Assembly (NCBI GenBank): GCA_022821725.1
Contig: JAJEDB010000129.1
Span: forward strand, 7,914 to 71,913
From: Candidatus Poribacteria bacterium
GTDB lineage: Bacteria > Poribacteria > WGA-4E > WGA-3G
Length of the DNA: 64,000 nt
Reading direction: 5' to 3'
The position numbers were made by a program, and so were the translations under genes. Below the pieces are notes generated by a model. The model searched no databases. It was not told the DNA's origin and saw only the letters and a program-made list of their open reading frames with translations. Positions 26,565 to 35,179 of the stretch are shown piece after piece; the stretch's first letter is position 1, and each line of letters opens with the position of its first letter.

Positions 26565-27767
26565 ATGAAGAGCCATAACGTCACGATGCTCGGTACTGGA
26601 CTCATCGGAATGTTCTACACGATGACGCTCCACAACCAACGCGGCGCAGACCGCGTCCACAGCGTCTATTCACGGCGCGAAGAACGTGCGACAGCGTTCG
26701 CCGAAGAGTGGAACATCCCCCACGCAACAACCGATCTATCAGAGGCTATCAACCATCCTGAAACGGATACCGTTGTCATTGGATTACCCAATAACTTGCA
26801 CCTGAAAGCCGTGGAGATCGCGGCAGCAGCCGGCAAAAGCATCCTCTCCACCAAACCGCTTGGACGCACTGCTGAAGAGGCAAAAGCGATGTTGGACATC
26901 GTTGAAAACGCCGGTGTCTTTGGCGGTTATCTTGAAGATCTCGTCTATCCCCCGAAAACCCTCAAAGCGTTAGCGTCCGTCCAAAACGGTGCCCTCGGTA
27001 AGATCCTGTGGGTGCGTTCCCGTGAGACGCATCCCGGTCCACACAGTGATTGGTTCTGGGATCTGGAGCAAGCAGGCGGTGGTGCCATTGTCGATATGGG
27101 GTGCCACTGCATCGAGATCATCCGAAACTTCGTTGGGAAAAATAACAGACCGCTTGAAGTGATGTGCTGGGCAGACACGCTCGTGCATCCCATTGATGCG
27201 GAGGACCACGGCATTGCGCTTATCCGATTTGAGAGCGGCGCGATGGGACAATTTGAGGTCGGCTGGGCATTCCGCGGGGGCATGGATTTACGTGACGAGG
27301 TCTCCGGGAGTGAAGGAACCATCTGGCTCAACCACTGGCTCCGCACAGGTTATGAGATGTTCACGGCTGTTGGGCAGGGGGGATATGTCGCTGAGAAAGC
27401 CGAGAGCGACACGGGTTGGCTTTTCCCCGTTGGCGATGAGGTCGTGGAGCTTGGCTATCGCGATATGTTCCTCGATATGTTCAACGCGATTGATGAAGGA
27501 CGTGAACCGATGGAAACCTTTTATGACGGTTACGTCGTGAACGCTATTATCGATGCTTGTTATAAATCCGCGAAATCGAAACAGTGGGAAGCCGTTGAAA
27601 TTCAGGAGTGGCGTGGCACAACGGAAACCGCTGATGCCCAAACCGCTAAGTCGGACACTGATGAACGATATGCCCCGCTCAAGAGTGAACGGATGCCGGA
27701 TGGCAGAATGAAACGCATTTTCCGGGATCGGGAAACAGGGGAAATTATTGAGAGAGTGGAAAATTAA
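26565..27767 (+). CDS. Gfo/Idh/MocA family oxidoreductase
   Basis: 400 aa. N-terminal Rossmann '[10 protein letters not shown]', '[10 protein letters not shown]', 'STKPL' (EKP-type motif), and a C-terminal alpha/beta domain. Confidence 0.8.
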   Translation: MKSHNVTMLGTGLIGMFYTMTLHNQRGADRVHSVYSRREERATAFAEEWNIPHATTDLSEAINHPETDTVVIGLPNNLHLKAVEIAAAAGKSILSTKPLGRTAEEAKAMLDIVENAGVFGGYLEDLVYPPKTLKALASVQNGALGKILWVRSRETHPGPHSDWFWDLEQAGGGAIVDMGCHCIEIIRNFVGKNNRPLEVMCWADTLVHPIDAEDHGIALIRFESGAMGQFEVGWAFRGGMDLRDEVSGSEGTIWLNHWLRTGYEMFTAVGQGGYVAEKAESDTGWLFPVGDEVVELGYRDMFLDMFNAIDEGREPMETFYDGYVVNAIIDACYKSAKSKQWEAVEIQEWRGTTETADAQTAKSDTDERYAPLKSERMPDGRMKRIFRDRETGEIIERVEN

Positions 27768-27775
27768 AAAAGAAA

Positions 27776-27817
27776 GGCGATTGCGGTTCAGCATTTACGC
27801 TGACAGTGGCAATCGCC
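27776..27817. terminator. Candidate bidirectional terminator hairpin between convergent genes
   Basis: GGCGATTGC (27776-27784) pairs with GCAATCGCC (27809-27817), with an inner TCAGC/GCTGA stem. An A-run precedes it and a T-rich tract follows. Confidence 0.4.
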
Positions 27818-27843
27818 GTTATTCATCGTTCATTGTTTTTCCT

Positions 27844-28503
27844 TTATTCAATAAGTCCCAGATGTTGACATTCACGCCTCAATTTCAGTTCCACCTGCTT
27901 CAAGAGTTGACTCACCCTTGGCGCGCTCAGTCCAAGTTTCTTTGCGATGTCGCACTGTTTCATATTTTCATGAATACAGGCGAACGCTTGCCGCTCACGT
28001 TCTGTCAAGCCTTGTAAGAGTTGCGGCAATGCTTTCTCGAAATCGGCGTTCCACATCTCATAGATGAGTGTATCCTCAAAGTCAGCCTTCTTGTCTGGCA
28101 ATGTGAATAACTCCCTCGCTTGTCCGTTCCGATGTGCCTTTGAACTTTCTTGAGAAGAATCCTCTTGATAACAAACAGGCGTAAACCGGTAGCATTGTTG
28201 TAACTCCCTTTTCTTTTCTCGTGTGAGTGCCCCGCAGATCCATGGCAGGATATAGCTGCGAAAGGATGCCTGCTGCTGATGGTTTGGATCAAACGCAGGT
28301 CCTTTTTTCCATAAGGTGATCCGAGCGATTTGCAACAGATCGTCCTGAAAACTTGGGAGTGCCGGGCGGATATACGCGATACACTTCGCACATGAAGTCA
28401 GATCCCTTTCAAAATGGGTGAGCATTTCGCTCGATGCCTCAAAAACGCCTTCATGGGCGTAAGGTGGACACCGCTTGCCTTTAGACTGACATCTCAATTT
28501 CAT
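27844..28503 (-). CDS. Sigma-70 family RNA polymerase sigma factor with a Cys-rich N-terminal extension
   Basis: Region 2-like 'DLLQIARITLWKKGPAFDP...FRSYILPWICGALTREKKR'. Region 4 HTH 'LTERERQAFACIHENMKQCDIAKKLGLSAPRVSQLLKQ'. N-terminal Cys at positions 5, 12, 38 and 41. Confidence 0.7.
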   Translation of the reverse strand: MKLRCQSKGKRCPPYAHEGVFEASSEMLTHFERDLTSCAKCIAYIRPALPSFQDDLLQIARITLWKKGPAFDPNHQQQASFRSYILPWICGALTREKKRELQQCYRFTPVCYQEDSSQESSKAHRNGQARELFTLPDKKADFEDTLIYEMWNADFEKALPQLLQGLTERERQAFACIHENMKQCDIAKKLGLSAPRVSQLLKQVELKLRRECQHLGLIE

Positions 28504-28658
28504 AATATACCCCCTTCCTCAAAGTATAACAGATGCGATTTTTATCTGTCAAGAAAAATTTTATTTCAAGTGCTTTCGCTAAAGAGTGGATAGAAGGACT
28601 TAACTGCCCTTCTATCACAGCCCGAAAGTGCGATAGCATTCGCAAGAGATCAGAAACA

Positions 28659-29003
28659 CTACTCTGCTTCAGCGTCATCATGCTCCTGATAACCAACGCC
28701 ATCATAACCTACCCCTCCAATTGAGGAATCTGACTCGCCGCGTCGCTTGGGGTTAAGTGTATTCGAATGATAAGGAGATGTACTGCCGACGAATTGTGAC
28801 CTCAGATCAGATTTGCCTGTGACTGACATAACATATCCGCCAACTTCAATTCCCTCCGCATCACCTGATGCGCTGAGGTGCACAGAATTGTTACTGGACC
28901 AAGCACTTGCGGATGCTATCACGTAACTGACACTCGGCACAGAGTTAGAACAAAAAACAACACACAGCACAAGTAGTATGAGCGAAAAACCTAGAATCTT
29001 CAT
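28659..29003 (-). CDS. Small exported protein, unknown function
   Basis: 114 aa. Signal peptide 'MKILGFSLILLVLCVVFCSNS', acidic C-terminus. Its start overlaps the upstream stop. Confidence 0.5.
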   Translation of the reverse strand: MKILGFSLILLVLCVVFCSNSVPSVSYVIASASAWSSNNSVHLSASGDAEGIEVGGYVMSVTGKSDLRSQFVGSTSPYHSNTLNPKRRGESDSSIGGVGYDGVGYQEHDDAEAE

Positions 29004-29743
29004 TAGGGTAACTCCGTAGAAGTTAGGAAGGTGTAGGGGTCAATCCCTTGACCTTCAGGTGAATTCATGTCGATTAAATGGACGGAGCGTGGCGGAAGAT
29101 CGAAAGGATGTTTTGGTCTCCAAACACCTACAGGTCCGACAAAAGAAGAAATGTACTCCTGCTTTGTTCCATCATCCATAGTTGCCTCGTCCCATTCAAC
29201 ATAGAGTGTATTTGTATAGTGTGGACGTACTCTACCGGTGTCATCAATAGAACCGCCCCCAAAATTATGCACGCCTTGTCGCCAGAGTTTGACGAGAACA
29301 TGCATGACTAATTTATGGTCGTAAGTCCAATTCACTTGACGGTCGGCGGGTCGATCCCAATACGGGATGAGCGGAAACCCTTCGGGCGTTGTTTTGAAAT
29401 CAAATGGGACCTCTTCTTCTGGAACCGATTCCGAAAATTCGGCAACATCCACCTCTACCTCAGGGAACACCTCAAACTCAACATCGTTTTCTGGTGTGTC
29501 GGGAACGAGAGATGGCAGCGTCTCAACTAGCCCTACCTCAGGTTCTGAATCAGAGAAGAGTGTCTCCTGATATTCAGACTGCGGCTCCTCCGATTTGACC
29601 GATCGTACCGGAGGTTCCGTATATTTATAGATTATCACAGGTTCTAAGGGTTTTGAATTCCGGTGATGGTTGTAGAGCATCCCCAAGCCTATCAAGATAA
29701 CGAGCAATAAAATGCCCCAACGAACCCTATTTTTTCCAAACAC
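29003..29743 (-). CDS. N-terminally membrane-anchored protein with an acidic linker, unknown function
   Basis: 246 aa. GTG start with AAGGAGG 8 nt upstream. TM segment 'WGILLLVILIGLGMLY', then an E/P/V-rich linker and a globular C-terminal domain. Confidence 0.55.
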   Translation of the reverse strand: MFGKNRVRWGILLLVILIGLGMLYNHHRNSKPLEPVIIYKYTEPPVRSVKSEEPQSEYQETLFSDSEPEVGLVETLPSLVPDTPENDVEFEVFPEVEVDVAEFSESVPEEEVPFDFKTTPEGFPLIPYWDRPADRQVNWTYDHKLVMHVLVKLWRQGVHNFGGGSIDDTGRVRPHYTNTLYVEWDEATMDDGTKQEYISSFVGPVGVWRPKHPFDLPPRSVHLIDMNSPEGQGIDPYTFLTSTELP

Positions 29744-30098
29744 AAGTTCCGCCTCCTTTCAAATCATACACCATTTTAGCCATGAACTTCAAATTTAAAG
29801 GACAAACATGCAAATTCTTTAACCTGTGCCCCTTGGTACTCTATATATGGCACTGAAACGAAAAAAGTTAATAGCAAAATTGCACTTTTTTTACTTTTTT
29901 ACAAAAAAATCTGAAAATTTCGGGATTTATTTCAGAAATCGAGCCGAAAATCTATGATTACACATATCCACATCTATCTGTCAAAGACTAAAGCGGATAC
30001 GAACTCCAAAACACCTGACAAAATTTCACTTTTTTGATACAATAAACGCAAATATTCCGAAGGCAATTCTTGGAACACAGTATAAGGAGGCTTAGGAA

Positions 30099-30857
30099 AT
30101 GGCTCGGACGCTAATACTTGCAACATGCGCGTTGCTTCTAAGTGTCAATTGCTTCGCTGCATTTGAAGAGGAGACCGTGTTGTTATACCTCTTTGATGAA
30201 GAGGTCGTCGATGAAGCGACAGATCTCTCCGAGTTTGAAAACCACGGGGAAATCACCGATGCTGAATGGACGAAGGATGGAAAACTCGGTGGTGCGTTGA
30301 TCTTTGATGGCGCGAGTAGTCTTATTGAAGTGCCACATCACGAAAGTCTTTTTCCGGGCGGCGATGAACTGACAATCGAGGCGTGGTTCAAACCGGCTTC
30401 ATTTCCAGCCGGACATCCACCGATTGCGCGGAAAGGCTCTGTCCCTGAAAGCGGATGGGGTTTTGATACCCCTGGCGGAAAAATCCGCGGATTCGTCTAT
30501 ACCGCACCCGGTGCCGCTGCTGTGGCACAAGGCGCAACCCCGATGAAGGTGGACACATGGCATCATCTCGCTATGGTCTATGATGGTTCGGAAATTCGCA
30601 TCTATCTCGATGGTGAACAGGATGGACAGGTTGATCGAAAAGGGGACATCAACGAAAATGAAGCCTCCGTCTGGATCGGGAAGAAAGCAAATGAAAATAT
30701 CTGGCTTGATGGAACGCTTGATGAACTCCGAATTCTCAACATCGCAATCACGGAAGAACAGATTCAAGCGGATATGGAAGGTATCGCGTTTGCTGTGGAA
30801 GTCACGGGAAAACTCACAACCATGTGGGGACGTATTAAATCTGAAGTCCGCCGTTAG
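30099..30857 (+). CDS. Exported LamG-fold protein with conserved C-terminal tail
   Basis: Signal peptide 'MARTLILATCALLLSVNCFA'. 'ALIFDGASSLIEVPHH', 'IEAWFKP', 'WHHLAMVYDGSEIRIYLDG'. Ends 'KLTTMWGRIKSEVRR*'. Confidence 0.75.
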   Translation: MARTLILATCALLLSVNCFAAFEEETVLLYLFDEEVVDEATDLSEFENHGEITDAEWTKDGKLGGALIFDGASSLIEVPHHESLFPGGDELTIEAWFKPASFPAGHPPIARKGSVPESGWGFDTPGGKIRGFVYTAPGAAAVAQGATPMKVDTWHHLAMVYDGSEIRIYLDGEQDGQVDRKGDINENEASVWIGKKANENIWLDGTLDELRILNIAITEEQIQADMEGIAFAVEVTGKLTTMWGRIKSEVRR

Positions 30858-30869
30858 TCTCTGGAGGAA

Positions 30870-31727
30870 ATGACCATGGATACAAGTTGGCTTGACTACT
30901 GTGCTACGGAAGAACAACTCAAGGCATTCAATGACGAGGGTTACCTTATTGTCGAAGACGCGATAAGTCCTGAGATGGTAGACGCATTAGAGGTCGTCGC
31001 AGATCGGCTTGATGCTGAGGAACGCGCCAAAACGGGGTTAGCACCGCACGAATTGTTGTCGAAGTTCCGCACTGTCATTGAAGACGATGTGCTGCTGGAG
31101 CTGCTCGATAACAAGAAGGTCTTTCCGCTGCTCTGGGACATTCTGGGATGGAACATCCAACTTTACATCTCACACCTCATCATGTATCCACCCGAACCGC
31201 CCGACAAGGCGCGGATTCGCAAAGGGGCGCATTGGCATCAAGACGGGGGTAGACCTGTGCCGGAGATGGAGCGTCCGCACCCCCGACTCTCACTGAAAGT
31301 CAGTTACTGGTTGAGCGACGTTACCCACCGCGACAATGGCGCGATGCGCATTGTCCCGTGTAGTCATAAACTGGACACCCGTCCACCCAACAGAGACGAC
31401 GATCCTGATGGGGATCCCGAAGGTGCGATCGATCTGACCGTCAAGCGCGGGACAGCAGTGCTATTCGATCGGCGGATGTGGCACTCACGCGGTTGGAATT
31501 TCTCGGATGCAACTCGGAAGGTTCTGTTTATGGGGTATAGCTACCGGTGGTTGCGTGGTTTGGACTACAACCTTATGCCCCCCGAAATTCTTGAAAAATG
31601 CGATCCGATTCGACGGCAGTTGCTGGGAGACGGTGTAGACATTAAGGGGTGGTGGCAGCCCACAGACGCAGATGTGCCTTTAAAGACATGGATTGCGGAG
31701 CATCGTGGGGAAGAATACGTGCAGTAA
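30870..31727 (+). CDS. Phytanoyl-CoA dioxygenase (PhyH) family Fe(II)/2-oxoglutarate oxygenase
   Basis: 285 aa. 'QLKAFNDEGYLIVEDAI', 'HWHQDG' (HxD), 'GTAVLFDRRMWHS'. The start could instead be the ATG at 30876. Confidence 0.75.
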   Translation: MTMDTSWLDYCATEEQLKAFNDEGYLIVEDAISPEMVDALEVVADRLDAEERAKTGLAPHELLSKFRTVIEDDVLLELLDNKKVFPLLWDILGWNIQLYISHLIMYPPEPPDKARIRKGAHWHQDGGRPVPEMERPHPRLSLKVSYWLSDVTHRDNGAMRIVPCSHKLDTRPPNRDDDPDGDPEGAIDLTVKRGTAVLFDRRMWHSRGWNFSDATRKVLFMGYSYRWLRGLDYNLMPPEILEKCDPIRRQLLGDGVDIKGWWQPTDADVPLKTWIAEHRGEEYVQ

Positions 31728-31747
31728 TTTTTGACGGATGTGTGCCC

Positions 31748-31969
31748 CTAATCGGGTGCGGTGTGTTTGGACGGATCATGGGGAACATATTTTTTCCTAT
31801 CCTGTTTATCCTCTTCCTCCAATGCTTTCAAATACGCAGAGAATTCCGCTGGGGTCTTGAATTGGGCACTGATCTCCGCTTTGATTCTATAACATTCTTC
31901 AAGGATGGGATTCGTGTAGGTTTCAGGGTCGAATTCTGGGGACTTTTCCGGGATTTCTTTCTCTTTCAT
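31748..31969 (-). CDS. Small hypothetical protein, tandem paralog 1
   Basis: 73 aa from the ATG at 31969 (GGAGG 8 nt upstream): 'MKEKEIPEKSPEFDPETYTNPILEECYRIKAEISAQFKT...'. Confidence 0.55.
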   Translation of the reverse strand: MKEKEIPEKSPEFDPETYTNPILEECYRIKAEISAQFKTPAEFSAYLKALEEEDKQDRKKYVPHDPSKHTAPD

Positions 31970-32011
31970 TTGAATGTCCTCCATCAGTTCTACCAAAGTT
32001 CCCATTAGCAG

Positions 32012-32245
32012 TTAGGTATCGTCATCGGATTTCTCAGGTGGTATGCGTTTGGATGGATCATACGGGACATATTTGATGCCATTGCGTTTATCTTCTTCCT
32101 CCAGTGCTTTCACATACGCAAAGAATTCCTTTTGAGTCTTAAATTTAGCACTGAGCTCTGCCTTGATTCGATAGCATTCTTCGAGGATAGGGTCCGTATA
32201 CGTTTCGGGATCGAATTCTGGGTGCTTTTCTGGGACTTCTTTCAT
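32012..32245 (-). CDS. Small hypothetical protein, tandem paralog 2
   Basis: 77 aa from the ATG at 32245 (GGAGGG upstream): 'MKEVPEKHPEFDPETYTDPILEECYRIKAELSAKFKT...'. About three quarters identical to paralog 1 by eye. Confidence 0.55.
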   Translation of the reverse strand: MKEVPEKHPEFDPETYTDPILEECYRIKAELSAKFKTQKEFFAYVKALEEEDKRNGIKYVPYDPSKRIPPEKSDDDT

Positions 32246-32397
32246 TCGGATGCCCTCCATCAGCTCTATAGGTGTGCAGATAGTTATGGATTGAAACCTT
32301 GCCAAACCGCTGGTAGAATAAAAGCGTAGAAGGATGGCAAATTGTGGGGAATTTCTCTTCCATCCTTCCATTCTCCCAACCCAAACTTAAGACCGCA

Positions 32398-33465
32398 TCA
32401 TGCCAACGCATCCTCTCCATCTGTCAGCCATGCCAGATCGAACTTTGCGAACGACAACGTCTCATTAGCCCTCTCTTCACCACACTCATAGAGACAACAG
32501 ATATGCGTGTCCGCGGCGATACAGAGATCGGAATACGCCGCGGGCCCCGCGTGCAAGACTTTGCCGCTACTCCAACTTTGACACTCATCGTAACTGATAC
32601 GAATCGTCATCCGTTCACGGGTCGTACTGGCGGGGTTAGAGAATAGGACGCGGTTCTTATCGTGCTGATTCGCATCCGTATAGCGCACCAGACTCGCCTG
32701 ACAGATCGGTTCAATCAGGTCCTCCTCGTAGCCGCATTCTGTGAATGTATCGCCGCCGTCACTGCTCCTTGCGTATGCACGCCGCTTCGGTGCGACGTAG
32801 TTCCGACAGTTGAAATAGAGTCCACCGTCCACAGTTTCAACGACAACGGATTCATTCGTCCCCGGTTGCGCCTTGCCCGCAATCCGCCACGTTTCACCGT
32901 GATCGTCGCTAACAATCAGGTGCGAGTAGCCGTATTGCGCGTAGTCCCGGCTGTTTCCAAGCACATGGTCACACGGAATGACGAATCTGCCGCTTGCGAG
33001 TTGAATTCCGTGGCAGGGACCGGTTGCATACCACGTCCAGTCCTCGTCCTTCGTCGTGGCGGTGATTTCTCTCGGTTCTGACCAGGTTTCTCCGTCGTCG
33101 TCACTGGAGGTCACCCAAACGGTGCGGGGTGCTTCGCCGGCAACAATCTTTCCTTCCGCGCCGTCAGCGAGATTTTTGCAGAAAAGCAGATAGATCGTCC
33201 CCGTGTCGCGATCAACCACTGGGGCAGGATTGCCATCCGTATCGGTTCCTGTGGAAACGGCGACTTGCATCGGTTGCCAACGCTCGCCGTTGTCGAAACT
33301 CCGTTTCAGGACAATATCGATGTCTCCAGAATCTCCACCACCTGTGCGCCTGCCCTCACAAAACGCTAACAGCGTTCTCTCGTTCGATCGGACAAGCGCG
33401 GGGATCCGGAACGTATGGTATCCCTCCGTCCCTGCTGTGAAAAGCGGACTTTCCGTTTTGTACAT
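32398..33465 (-). CDS. Exo-alpha-sialidase (GH33-like BNR/Asp-box beta-propeller)
   Basis: 'YHTFRIPALV' (FRIP motif). Asp boxes 'SFDNGERW', 'SSDDDGETW', 'SDDHGETW', 'SSDGGDTF'. No signal peptide. GGAGGAGG RBS. Confidence 0.85.
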   Translation of the reverse strand: MYKTESPLFTAGTEGYHTFRIPALVRSNERTLLAFCEGRRTGGGDSGDIDIVLKRSFDNGERWQPMQVAVSTGTDTDGNPAPVVDRDTGTIYLLFCKNLADGAEGKIVAGEAPRTVWVTSSDDDGETWSEPREITATTKDEDWTWYATGPCHGIQLASGRFVIPCDHVLGNSRDYAQYGYSHLIVSDDHGETWRIAGKAQPGTNESVVVETVDGGLYFNCRNYVAPKRRAYARSSDGGDTFTECGYEEDLIEPICQASLVRYTDANQHDKNRVLFSNPASTTRERMTIRISYDECQSWSSGKVLHAGPAAYSDLCIAADTHICCLYECGEERANETLSFAKFDLAWLTDGEDALA

Positions 33466-33492
33466 GCCTACAAGCCTCCTCCGCGAGGTAAA

Positions 33493-34209
33493 TTAAAAAC
33501 GTTTCAGCCGTGCCCACGTCGTTGCGAGCTTCCCGATCGGCTGAATAGCCGCCGGATCATCCATCACAAACTCATCGGGTTCCTTCTGATGATCGGAGAG
33601 TCGCACGCCATCAACGACACAATTCGTCGGGAACTTGGGGTCAGGCGGAGAGGCGTTGTTAATCTCAAAGGTTTCAGCGAACACAGTCGGTCCCTTTTTG
33701 AAGGGAGCTTCACCTTCGAGCCTGCCATCTAAATAGAGTTTCAAGCCGTCGGGTCCCCATGTGCCTGCCATGTGGTGATGCTCTCCCTCTTGCCACTTGA
33801 GTGCTGCACTGTTGGCGTTATGCCATGAGCCTGCGCTTTTAATCCGCATCTGCGCGATCCCGCCATTGTTAAACTGCAGAAATACCGCGTCGGTGCCGCG
33901 TTTGTAAGTCATGAACGTGAAAAGTTCGCCCGTGATGGAACTGGTGTCCATACCCATTGTTACCCACAACTCAACGGTGCCTTCGTCGAGGTTGACAAAA
34001 CGGTCTTCCACAGGGAAATGGATAACATCGCCAACGGATTCGCTAACGAAACCGTTGCCAAATTTACCGGGTTTGAAGGTTCCACCATCAACGGTGCCGC
34101 CCTCTTTTTCAACTTCCGCTTTGCTCTCCAATGCAGAAAAGAAGGTCTCCTCTGCCATCGCTACAGAAACACAAAGCAATGTGATTGCCAAAAGACATAA
34201 CGTTTTCAT
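33493..34209 (-). CDS. Exported LamG-like/jelly-roll protein with conserved C-terminal tail
   Basis: Signal peptide 'MKTLCLLAITLLCVSVAMA'. 'GTVELWV', 'HHMAGTWGPDGLKLYLDG'. Ends 'GKLATTWARLKRF*'. Confidence 0.65.
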   Translation of the reverse strand: MKTLCLLAITLLCVSVAMAEETFFSALESKAEVEKEGGTVDGGTFKPGKFGNGFVSESVGDVIHFPVEDRFVNLDEGTVELWVTMGMDTSSITGELFTFMTYKRGTDAVFLQFNNGGIAQMRIKSAGSWHNANSAALKWQEGEHHHMAGTWGPDGLKLYLDGRLEGEAPFKKGPTVFAETFEINNASPPDPKFPTNCVVDGVRLSDHQKEPDEFVMDDPAAIQPIGKLATTWARLKRF

Positions 34210-34380
34210 GAGAGATTCTCCTATTTATTGGGTTAGATTGTAGTTTCAGGCTTACAAAGCCCTCCCACATGTTTGCTTTTTCTTCAACTTCCAACCTTCC
34301 AATCCTATTAAACTTCAAAACATCAAATTCAACGGTGAAACTTACCAATAAAAAAATGATACCCTGTTCTTGAATCATCC

Positions 34381-35178
34381 TCACTTTGGTTTTGTGGAAA
34401 GTGCGTATACATACGGCGAAGTCAGCTGTTGGTTCGGCACACGAAGCCCCACTAAGAAATTACCAAGGACAATATCCGTCAGATTCACACATTTACAAAG
34501 CACTTCATGCCCCCATTTACCGATGACTGCTCGCCACGGCGAATAATCGACAACGCTCAACTTCAAGGGACCGCCTGTATACCCGAACGCCGTGACCTGA
34601 AACCCTGTGTCTCGCAATGCTGAAGCGAGGTCAGTCGGCAAAATTACTTTGTGCGTCGCAAGAAGTTTCGGACTCGCGACGCGGGCTATCGGTGTATACA
34701 TACCCCGTAGATTCGGCGTCACCGTGAGCATTGTTCCACCGGGTGTGAGGAGGTTGTACATCTCCTCTAAGATCGCTTGCGGTGTGCTGAAATGCTCAAT
34801 CAATCCCATCGAGTAAACGAAATCAAACGCCGAGCGATGTCTTTTAGCGAATGCGAACAGATCTTCACAGAGAATTGTTCCTTCCGCACCCGCGAGGGCA
34901 AGATTGCGTTGTGCGAGTTGACACCCTAATTCTGAAAAATCGACCCCGTAAGCGTCGCTTCCATACTTTTGCGCGAGATAAGGGAGCCACAATGAATCGG
35001 CACATCCCAACTCAATGAGCGTCGGTTGTTTAACACCTACAAGTGCCCGATCGAACAACTTCGCGAGTTGACGGTTCGCGACATACACCCATCGCAGATG
35101 ACGAATCTTATGCTGTTGACCGTCCCAAAGGGTCGTCCAATAGGATTCATCCGTTAAGGGGGTAACCTGCGACCCCAT
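34381..35178 (-). CDS. Class I SAM-dependent methyltransferase
   Basis: ATG at 35178 with GGAGGAAGG upstream. Motif I 'LIELGCADSLW', then 'LLTPGGTMLV'. Confidence 0.75.
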   Translation of the reverse strand: MGSQVTPLTDESYWTTLWDGQQHKIRHLRWVYVANRQLAKLFDRALVGVKQPTLIELGCADSLWLPYLAQKYGSDAYGVDFSELGCQLAQRNLALAGAEGTILCEDLFAFAKRHRSAFDFVYSMGLIEHFSTPQAILEEMYNLLTPGGTMLTVTPNLRGMYTPIARVASPKLLATHKVILPTDLASALRDTGFQVTAFGYTGGPLKLSVVDYSPWRAVIGKWGHEVLCKCVNLTDIVLGNFLVGLRVPNQQLTSPYVYALSTKPK

Positions 35179-35179
35179 A

